Origin: a bacterium
GTDB taxonomy: Bacteria > Patescibacteriota > UBA1384 > CAILIB01
Length of the DNA: 64,000 bases
Assembly (NCBI GenBank): GCA_037131105.1
Contig: JBAXRQ010000001.1
Coordinates: 637,465-701,464 of the forward strand
Direction: 5' to 3'
Both the position numbers and the translations under genes were made by a program. Below the pieces are notes generated by a model, which was given only the letters and a program-made list of their open reading frames with translations, searched no databases and was not told where the DNA came from. Positions 56,827 to 64,000 of the stretch are shown here, in pieces (position 1 is the stretch's first letter; each line of letters opens with the position of its first letter).

Positions 56827-59151
56827 ATGAATCACGGTTTCGCTATACAACATTGTCGTATCGTTGCGCCCGAGAGGCTTTCTGACCGCTTTTTAGCCTC
56901 CGGAGTCTTTTTTCAACAGGAGAGCGACAGCGGTCTTGACGACCAGGTCATGCTGGCTTATGTCCTGGAGATCAGTAAACCATGGTTTCCCTCTTCGAAA
57001 GTCCTCCCCTCCTTACTTGAGACCCTGCACACCCAGCACATAGCCCTCAGCTCCAAGCGCGACCTCGGCGACCAATTCGAACTCCTGCTGCGCTCTATCA
57101 ACCAGCAGCTCAACGCCATTTCCGAGCAGGGTGAGACCGACTGGATAGGAAACCTGAACGGCCTAATCATGGTGGCCAGTGGCGATGAGATTCACTTCTC
57201 CCAGACCGGACAAAGCCCCGCCTATCTTCTGCAAAAAAACCGTATTCGCCAGATCACTGACGACACCGGCCACGAGCGCGAGCCCCATCCTCTTAAGACC
57301 TTTGCCAACCTTGCCTCCGGCAACCTGAAAGCCGACGATTATATCCTCGTCTCAAACCGCGAGCTCTATAACGAAGTCTCCCTCGATGCCTTGCGCCGGG
57401 TAATGAACAACAACACTCCTACCGCCGCCTGCCAGTCTATTGTCAAAGAACTCAAGCGCGACAAGAACCTGGCTGTCTCTACCATCATCCTCAAGGTTGC
57501 CTCAAAAGCGGAGGCCAGCCACAAGCACGCCGCCGAGATACATGAGATTATTCTTGAGGATGAGATGCAGAGTAGCTTTAGAAAGGCCCAAAAACGGATA
57601 ATGCCCTGGGTCCAGGTGGGCAAGCGACATTCAGCCACCATTGGCAGGGCCGGACTGAAGGCAGCCAAGACTACCGGCACCGTCATGAAGGAGAAAGTTG
57701 CTCCCAAAGCCGCCGACCTGCTCAACAAAGGCGCGGATCATGCCGTCCAGCTTAAGGGACAGATCGCCGAACGGCGTCAGCATCGTCGTGAGGCTCCTGA
57801 AGAAGAACTTCCCGTAGTCGAGATCATCCTGCCAAAGGCCCAGCGCGAAGCAGCTGCAGAGGCTTCTGTTGCTCGCTTTGAAGCTCCCCGGCTTATCCCT
57901 GATGAAGAGCTGGCTCTGAGCTCATCACATAAGCTCAAGCGGGCACCAGGGGTACCCCTTCCCACCCGCATCCTCAGCTTCTCACGCAATTGGCTGCGCT
58001 CACCCCAGCACAAGCGGCTGGCCGCCTTAACCGTCGCAGTCCTGCTGGTTGCCTTCACCGTGCTTACCGCCATTTCCCGCAGGCAGCCCAGCGCCTCAAC
58101 TACCCCCGACAACCAAATTTCCAAGCAATTAGCCCAGGCCGCTGATCTCCAGAAAAAAGCTGCCAATGCCCAGAAGCTCAACCAACTAGTCGAAGCAAGC
58201 AAAGAGATAAAGCAGGGCGAGGACATTATCAATGGTCTGACCGGACTGACCGCCGATCAGAAGAAAGAAGCTGACGCTACCTGGAAGCTACTAAGCGACG
58301 TAGGAGACTCTCTCAGCACCACTACCCGTCTAGCAGGTACAGCGACCACCTACAAGTTCACTACTGCCAGCCAAAACCTGGTGGCAAGCCTTCCCTTCTT
58401 CTACGGCTCTTCTTCTACGGTAAACGGTCTGCTGCAGACCGGGCAGGGCGATGCCAAGACCATACAACAAACTATTTCCCTGCCCGAAAGTGACGACAGC
58501 ATCGTGAGCATTGCCTCCAGTAGCGAAAGCGATACCGCCGGCTACGCCCTAACCAAGAAGGACAAGGTTTACCGTATCGCCCAGAGCGGAAGCACCACCT
58601 CACTCCACGTCATTGCACCCACCTCTGGAAGCTTCGCCCCTGGGGACGACATCGCTAGCTATAACGGCAATGTCTATATTCTCGACGGTACTACCGGCCT
58701 GCTCTGGAAATACACCAACGGAGGCACTACCTACAGCAAGGGGGTCAGCATCATCGATACTACCAAATATGACATTAAGAAAAGCGTGTCGGTGGCTATC
58801 GACGGTTCGATATATATCCTGAAGCAGGACGGCAGCCTGATGAAGTTCACCAGCGGCGCAGAGGACACCTCATTCAAGATCAAGAGTCTACCTACCCTTT
58901 CGGCAACGCTCACCCAGCCGGTCCAGGTGATCACCAGCGTCGACATGGATGAGATCTACGTTTTGGACGCAGGCGTCAGCAGTGGGAATCATTCTACAGT
59001 ACGGATACTAGTCTTCGACAAGACCGGTCTCTTCCTACGCCAATATGCCTTCCCAGACAGTATGCTACAGGTCCAGGCCTTTGCCGTGGACGCCAGCGCC
59101 AAGAAGATCTGGCTTCTCAGTGGATCAACAATAAGTGAATTCCCCTTTTAG
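56827..59151 (+). CDS. large single-pass membrane protein: N-terminal cytoplasmic PP2C/SpoIIE-like domain (tentative), TM helix, extracellular beta-propeller-like repeat domain
   Basis: TM helix LAALTVAVLLVAFTVLTAI near aa 395. The N-terminal region ...MVASGDEIHFSQTGQSPAYLL...DDYILVSNRELY resembles the SpoIIE-type phosphatase core. The C-terminus has repeated VYILDG/IYILKQDG/IYVLDAG strands. Confidence 0.45.
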   Translation: MNHGFAIQHCRIVAPERLSDRFLASGVFFQQESDSGLDDQVMLAYVLEISKPWFPSSKVLPSLLETLHTQHIALSSKRDLGDQFELLLRSINQQLNAISEQGETDWIGNLNGLIMVASGDEIHFSQTGQSPAYLLQKNRIRQITDDTGHEREPHPLKTFANLASGNLKADDYILVSNRELYNEVSLDALRRVMNNNTPTAACQSIVKELKRDKNLAVSTIILKVASKAEASHKHAAEIHEIILEDEMQSSFRKAQKRIMPWVQVGKRHSATIGRAGLKAAKTTGTVMKEKVAPKAADLLNKGADHAVQLKGQIAERRQHRREAPEEELPVVEIILPKAQREAAAEASVARFEAPRLIPDEELALSSSHKLKRAPGVPLPTRILSFSRNWLRSPQHKRLAALTVAVLLVAFTVLTAISRRQPSASTTPDNQISKQLAQAADLQKKAANAQKLNQLVEASKEIKQGEDIINGLTGLTADQKKEADATWKLLSDVGDSLSTTTRLAGTATTYKFTTASQNLVASLPFFYGSSSTVNGLLQTGQGDAKTIQQTISLPESDDSIVSIASSSESDTAGYALTKKDKVYRIAQSGSTTSLHVIAPTSGSFAPGDDIASYNGNVYILDGTTGLLWKYTNGGTTYSKGVSIIDTTKYDIKKSVSVAIDGSIYILKQDGSLMKFTSGAEDTSFKIKSLPTLSATLTQPVQVITSVDMDEIYVLDAGVSSGNHSTVRILVFDKTGLFLRQYAFPDSMLQVQAFAVDASAKKIWLLSGSTISEFPF

Positions 59152-59284
59152 GAAGTCTTAGTCCGGCGCCTTTCGGCGTTAAAAGCTCCGTCTTTCGATC
59201 AACGTACCCACAAGTACGTCTCACTCAAGTACTCGCTTTTCTCTTGAAATGCGCTCGACCGAAGCCTTCCTATGGTGCGGAAGT

Positions 59285-60487
59285 TTAAACGAGGCGGATA
59301 AAGCGCCGCTTGCCGACCTGAAGTACTAGGCCGGTTGTTAGTTCTATCTCTTCATTAGTATCAGTAATGGTACGATCGTTCACCCGTACGCCTCCCCCAT
59401 CAATAAGACGGCGGGCCTCTGAACGGCTCGGAGCAAGCCCAGTAGTAACCAATAGGTCGACGATGGCCGTAGCACCTTGTAACTGTTCGATAGAAAAATC
59501 AGGGATTTCCTCAGGCTTGTTGCCCTCACTAAATTGGCTAATGAATGCCTCGCGCTGGTGGGCAGCCTCATCATCGCCATGGTAGAGAGCTACGACAGTC
59601 TGGGCGAGCTCAAGCTTGAGGTCACGCGGGTTCTCACCTGAAGCAACGCGCTTTTCAATCTCCTCCTTGGAAAATGGCCGGGCTGAGAGTGGAATGATCT
59701 GAAGGTATTCGCCCATCAGCTCATCAGCCACCCGCATCAGCTTACCGAACTTGTCCTGTGGTGTATCAAGGAGAGAGATTATATTACCCCAGCTTGAGCT
59801 CATCTTGCGTCCATCAGTACCAGCAATAAGAGGATTGGTGATGACCGCCTGGGCTGGCTGTCCTGCCTGCTCCTGGAGCGTACGCCCAGCCAACAAGTTA
59901 AAGCGCTGATCGGTGCCACCAAGCTCGACGTCTGCCTTGACCATGACCGAGTCATAGCCTTGCATGAGAGGGTAGAGCATTTCACGAAGACTGACCCGAG
60001 AGCCACCCTCAAGACGACGGGCGATAAGCTCGCGCTTAATAAAGGTGTTGACTGAAAAGGCGTCAGCCAGGTGACCCAGAGTACCCAGCGAGAGCGTGCC
60101 AAGCCATTCACTGTTGTAATGGATGTGTACTTGGTCCTTGCGAGCCGGATTCAGGATCATCCAGAGCTGCTCAAGGTACTTCTCAAGGTTCTTTTGTATG
60201 GTGGCTTCTTCCAGCATGGGGCGCTCGGCATCCTTGTCTGACGTATCGCCGATCTGGCCGGTAAAGTCACCGATGATAAGGTGGATCTCATGGCCGAGCT
60301 CCTGGAAGGCACGCAGACGCCAGACCGGAATGGAGCGGCCGAGATGGATATTGGGACTAGTAGGGTCGATACCAAGCTTAACTCGAAGAGGTCGGCCCGA
60401 CTTCAGGCCCGCCATCAAGCTCTCTGCGCCGATAATTTCATCGACACCGGCCTCTAGAATATCTTCCTGGGTAAAGGTGAGTTCCAT
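59285..60487 (-). CDS. tyrS: tyrosine--tRNA ligase
   Basis: GIDPTSPNIHLGR (HIGH-type), KMSSS (KMSKS), and a C-terminal S4 domain. Start chosen at MELTFTQEDIL; the track ORF uses an upstream TTG. Confidence 0.9.
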   Translation of the reverse strand: MELTFTQEDILEAGVDEIIGAESLMAGLKSGRPLRVKLGIDPTSPNIHLGRSIPVWRLRAFQELGHEIHLIIGDFTGQIGDTSDKDAERPMLEEATIQKNLEKYLEQLWMILNPARKDQVHIHYNSEWLGTLSLGTLGHLADAFSVNTFIKRELIARRLEGGSRVSLREMLYPLMQGYDSVMVKADVELGGTDQRFNLLAGRTLQEQAGQPAQAVITNPLIAGTDGRKMSSSWGNIISLLDTPQDKFGKLMRVADELMGEYLQIIPLSARPFSKEEIEKRVASGENPRDLKLELAQTVVALYHGDDEAAHQREAFISQFSEGNKPEEIPDFSIEQLQGATAIVDLLVTTGLAPSRSEARRLIDGGGVRVNDRTITDTNEEIELTTGLVLQVGKRRFIRLV

Positions 60488-60527
60488 ATCTGTTACATTA
60501 CACATTATTCTGCTATGCTTCAATCAT

Positions 60528-63485
60528 ATGAAATCGACCCCGCCGCGTAAGCGCAAGCCCGTAAAGGGCGGCAGCCCCCTGCAGCTCCGACAGGTTCCTG
60601 ATAGGCCCCTACCTAAGAGCGGCAGCTCTCTTCGCAAGTCCTCAAAGCCTACCTCAGGTTGGCGGCGTTATAATCCTTTAAGGAAGTTTCGATTTACCTG
60701 GAAGCGCTTCTTCATCGGCCTGGCAATATTTGTTGGTGTCTTCGTACTCGGCATTGCCGGCGTCTTTGCCTATTATGTCCGAGACCTGCCGAACCCTAAA
60801 AAAATTGAAACCCGCTCAGTCAGCCAGTCCACCCAGATCCTGGACCGCAACGGCACCTTACTTAACAATATCCATGGCGACGAGAACCGCACCATCGTCA
60901 CCAATGACCAGATAAGCACTTATCTTAAGAATGCATCAGTAGCAGTAGAGGATCAGAGTTTCTATACCAACCACGGATTCGATCTCCGCGGTATCGCCCG
61001 GGCCGTTGGCGTACGTCTACACTTGGTCCACGGCGAGCTGGCTGGCGGAGGCTCCACTATCACCCAGCAGTATATCAAGGTAGCCCTGGTTGGCGACGAC
61101 CACAGCCTCAGCCGCAAGATCAAGGAGCTGATCCTAGCTATCGAGGTGGACCAGACCTACAGCAAGTCTGATATTCTCACTGGCTATCTGAACCAAATCA
61201 ACTACGGCGGTACCATTTACGGTATCCAGACCGCCTCTCAAACCTATTTCGGAGTCAATGCTAAGGATCTCACTCTTTCCCAGTCAGCCACCCTAGCTGC
61301 CATACCGAACGAACCTACCTATTACTCCCCGTACGGCAACCACACCGACGACTTAATCATACGAAAGAACTACATTCTCGACCGCATGGTCACTGAGAAG
61401 ATGATTACCCAGTCTCAGGCTGACGCTGCTAAAAAAGAAGCGCCCACCACCGACAACCTTGGCTTCAAGAAGCCTACCGACCTGGTAGCACCCCAGTTTG
61501 TCTTCTATATCAAAGAGCAGATGGCTAAGATGCTTGACCCTGATCCTCAAATTGCTCAGAAGATGCTGAATGAAGGAGGGTATACCGTAACGACATCTTT
61601 GGACCTTCCTACTCAGAAGATGGCTGAGGGTATTGTTTCCAGTATGGGTCCTGACGTAGTCAAAAAGTACCATGCCACCAATGCCTGCCTTACCTCTGTC
61701 GATCCAAAGACCGGACAGGTCTTAGCCATGGTAGGTAGCATCAGCTATACCGACTCCATCTCAGGAAATACCAACTTCTGCACCGCTCAGCTGCAGCCAG
61801 GATCATCCTTCAAGCCCTTCGTATACGCCACCGCCTGGAGCCAGCCAAATACCTACTCCCCGAGCAGCATCACTTACGACCTGAAGACCGATCTCGGCGG
61901 GGGCTACTCCCCTAACGACTACGACGGAAAGAACCGCGGCCCCATTACCAACCGTCTAGCCCTAGCCGGCTCACTGAACATCCCTGCCGTCAAGAACCTC
62001 GCTCTCGTAGGCGTCACGAATGCATTGACTACTGCAAGCAACCTTGGCATCACTACCCTGACCCAGCCGGCCAGCGACTATGGTCTTTCCTTAGTACTCG
62101 GAAGTGGGAGCGTGAAGGCCGTTCAGATGGCTGGCGCATACGCCACCTTTGCCAATAACGGCAACAACATGCCTCTCATGCCTATCCTGCAGATCAAGCA
62201 GGGCGGCAAGGTCATCAAGGATTACACTACTATCAACAAACCAAAGCAAGTACTGGCGCCTGAGGTAGCCTACGAGATAAGTAGCGTACTCTCTGATGCG
62301 AGCGCCAAGCAACCAGTCTTTGGAGCACTGACCAAAAACCTGACCCTACCTGACCGCCCGGTAGCCGCAAAGACCGGTACCACTGAGAACTGGCGTGACG
62401 GCTGGACCATCGGCTACACTCCTTCCATTGTGACGGCCGTCTGGGTAGGTAATAACAACCCAAACCAGACTATGACAAAAGGCGCCGACGGCTCAATAGT
62501 GGCTGCTCCGATCTGGAACAAGTTTATGAGCGAGTATCTTAAGGGTAAGCCGGTCGAGCAGTTCAACCGCCCTGACACGGTAAAGGACCTTACTGTAGAC
62601 AAGCTTTCAGGCAAACTTCCTACCGACCAGACGCCTCCCGACGACCTGATCAAGGATATCTTCGCGCCGTGGCAGATGCCCAAGGACAAGGACGACGTGC
62701 ATGTAAAGGTGACCATCGCCAAGGGCAGCGGCCTGCTTGCCACCGCGCTCACGCCTGACGACCAGAAGCAGGATGTAACCTACATCACCATCCATTCGGA
62801 GATGCCCAAGAACCCCGCCTGGGAGGGACCGGTCCAGGCCTGGGCCAAGGGCACCTTCGGGGCGCTGCTCGGTAGTCCGCCAACCCAATCGGACACACTC
62901 TACACCGATGCCAATCGTCCAACTATAAGCTTTACCTCGCCTACTGATGGGACCAGTGTCAGCGGCACCGTCACCCTTTCAGCTTCTCCTGGCGGCTCAC
63001 AGCCCATCTCCCAGGTAGAATACTTCGTAAACAACGTATCGGTAGGCAAGGTGACCAGCGCCCCCTGGAGTCTCTCCTACGATACCAGCGGCCTACCCGC
63101 AGGCAGTCAGGTCATCCAGGCGGTAGCCACCAACTCCCTGGGCCTCACCCAGACCACTCAGGTAAGCGTGACCACCAATACTGATACCTCCCCCCCTGGA
63201 AACGTCATAGGGACTAGCGCCTCCCTCGGCACCCACAGCGTGACCCCCATACATCTGACCTGGATCAATCCCAGTGACTCTGACCTGACTTCGGTTGCTA
63301 TCTACCAGTCCACCGACCTGACCCAACTAGGTACCAAAGTGGCCACGGTAAGTGCGACACCAAATTCCAGCTCAAGCTATGACCTGACCCCTCCAGTAGG
63401 AACCTATTACTACACGCTCCACCCTATCGACGCAACCGGGAACGAGAACCAGTCCACGGTCCGAGTCCAAGGCAAGATGAAATAG
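60528..63485 (+). CDS. mrcA: class A penicillin-binding protein (PBP1A, transglycosylase plus transpeptidase) with a C-terminal Ig/FN3-like extension
   Basis: GT51 motifs VEDQSFYTNHGFD and GGSTITQQY; TPase SSFKPF, SLN and KTGTT. Start chosen at MKSTPPRKRKP, because the upstream part of the track ORF is antisense to tyrS. Confidence 0.9.
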   Translation: MKSTPPRKRKPVKGGSPLQLRQVPDRPLPKSGSSLRKSSKPTSGWRRYNPLRKFRFTWKRFFIGLAIFVGVFVLGIAGVFAYYVRDLPNPKKIETRSVSQSTQILDRNGTLLNNIHGDENRTIVTNDQISTYLKNASVAVEDQSFYTNHGFDLRGIARAVGVRLHLVHGELAGGGSTITQQYIKVALVGDDHSLSRKIKELILAIEVDQTYSKSDILTGYLNQINYGGTIYGIQTASQTYFGVNAKDLTLSQSATLAAIPNEPTYYSPYGNHTDDLIIRKNYILDRMVTEKMITQSQADAAKKEAPTTDNLGFKKPTDLVAPQFVFYIKEQMAKMLDPDPQIAQKMLNEGGYTVTTSLDLPTQKMAEGIVSSMGPDVVKKYHATNACLTSVDPKTGQVLAMVGSISYTDSISGNTNFCTAQLQPGSSFKPFVYATAWSQPNTYSPSSITYDLKTDLGGGYSPNDYDGKNRGPITNRLALAGSLNIPAVKNLALVGVTNALTTASNLGITTLTQPASDYGLSLVLGSGSVKAVQMAGAYATFANNGNNMPLMPILQIKQGGKVIKDYTTINKPKQVLAPEVAYEISSVLSDASAKQPVFGALTKNLTLPDRPVAAKTGTTENWRDGWTIGYTPSIVTAVWVGNNNPNQTMTKGADGSIVAAPIWNKFMSEYLKGKPVEQFNRPDTVKDLTVDKLSGKLPTDQTPPDDLIKDIFAPWQMPKDKDDVHVKVTIAKGSGLLATALTPDDQKQDVTYITIHSEMPKNPAWEGPVQAWAKGTFGALLGSPPTQSDTLYTDANRPTISFTSPTDGTSVSGTVTLSASPGGSQPISQVEYFVNNVSVGKVTSAPWSLSYDTSGLPAGSQVIQAVATNSLGLTQTTQVSVTTNTDTSPPGNVIGTSASLGTHSVTPIHLTWINPSDSDLTSVAIYQSTDLTQLGTKVATVSATPNSSSSYDLTPPVGTYYYTLHPIDATGNENQSTVRVQGKMK

Positions 63486-63490
63486 CAGCC

Positions 63491-64000
63491 CTAGCTGCGA
63501 CCTGCCAGAAGTTTCGAAAGCATACCTGCCAAACTTTTTTCTTTGGGTGGCAACACATAGCCCAGCGCCTTGATCTCTTTGGCGCGACGTTCCTGCTGCT
63601 GGACCTGGCGGACTTCGCCTGCCAGTCCCACCTCACCGATGACACAGAGGTTTTCGGCCAGAACCTTATCCTTAAAGGCTGAGGCGAGCGCCACGCAGAC
63701 AGCTGCGTCGACAGCTGGATCCTTCACTTTGAGACCCCCGACAATATTTACAAAGACGTCATGGGAAGAAAGATCGATATGGGCCCGACGCTCTAAGACA
63801 GCTAGAAGCAGGTTAAGTCGATTTGGATCAAAGCCCGAGGCCGTCCTTCTAGGATAACCGAAAACACTCTTAGTCGTCAGGGCCTGCACCTCGATAAGCA
63901 TAGGACGAGTCCCCTCGATCACCGCCGATAATACCGATCCCGGTACCTGGACCCGTTCTGCCAAAAGGAAACTGCCAGGATTATCCACTTCGACGAGGCC
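63491..64000 (-). CDS. radA: DNA repair protein RadA/Sms, C-terminal Lon-like domain (partial; the 5' end lies beyond the window)
   Basis: HDVFVNIVGGLKVKDPAVDAAVCVALASAFKD...GEVGLAGEVRQV typical RadA C-terminus. Confidence 0.7.
   Translation of the reverse strand, partial: GLVEVDNPGSFLLAERVQVPGSVLSAVIEGTRPMLIEVQALTTKSVFGYPRRTASGFDPNRLNLLLAVLERRAHIDLSSHDVFVNIVGGLKVKDPAVDAAVCVALASAFKDKVLAENLCVIGEVGLAGEVRQVQQQERRAKEIKALGYVLPPKEKSLAGMLSKLLAGRS

Noticed and set aside
60123-60527. N-terminal 135-aa extension of the PBP1A ORF in the track
   Set aside because: Antisense to the tyrS coding region. The conserved PBP N-terminus (basic cytoplasmic tail then TM helix) begins at MKSTPPRK (60528).

Overview
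This is a 64-kb, GC-rich (~55-60%) bacterial chromosomal segment, densely coded on both strands (~90 ORFs), with no rRNA, CRISPR or obvious prophage. Lineage is unclear; reduced F1Fo subunits and weak Shine-Dalgarno usage suggest an uncultivated, reduced-genome organism. All coordinates were indexed by hand from the printed 60-nt lines, so they may be off by a few nt, especially inside the repeat blocks.

Recognisable housekeeping genes:
- alanine racemase at 1322-2464
- class II fructose-bisphosphate aldolase at 11139-12050
- GMP synthase guaA at 15435-16964 (minus strand)
- RdgB/HAM1 ITPase at 17125-17661
- a complete F1Fo ATP synthase operon atpBEFHAGDC at 37197-43132
- Bcp peroxiredoxin, an HhH-GPD DNA glycosylase and a FabI-like reductase
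- D-Ala-D-Ala ligase at 51171-52067
- TyrRS at 59285-60487 and PBP1A at 60528-63485, divergently arranged
- the RadA C-terminus at the window edge, and ribosomal protein L28

Accessory content:
- a GT2/GT4/GT2 glycosyltransferase cluster with a YfiH/PgeF family protein and an Amidase_2 family protein
- a type IV pilin-like gene followed by large membrane-anchored surface proteins
- a PspC / LiaF-like toastrack / TPR envelope-stress module
- an MFS DHA2 transporter and a Crp/Fnr regulator
- an unusual concentration of nucleotide-hydrolase folds: four NUDIX, two CYTH, two HD, HIT and RdgB
- a divergent pair of proteins carrying beta-carbonic-anhydrase-like zinc motifs

The most unusual structure is a pair of ~450-bp direct-repeat blocks at 49326-49811 and 56000-56455.
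- Each block holds a tRNA-Pro gene on the minus strand, anticodon GGG in the first block and CGG in the second.
- In each block the tRNA abuts an identical perfect 17-bp-stem hairpin.
- Each block also carries tandem degenerate hairpin units that reuse the tRNA 5' acceptor/D-stem sequence and show compensatory base-pair changes between copies.
- Together the blocks bracket a 6.1-kb gene segment.

Several Rho-independent terminators, some bidirectional, are visible, along with a sub-cutoff Cys-rich micro-ORF.
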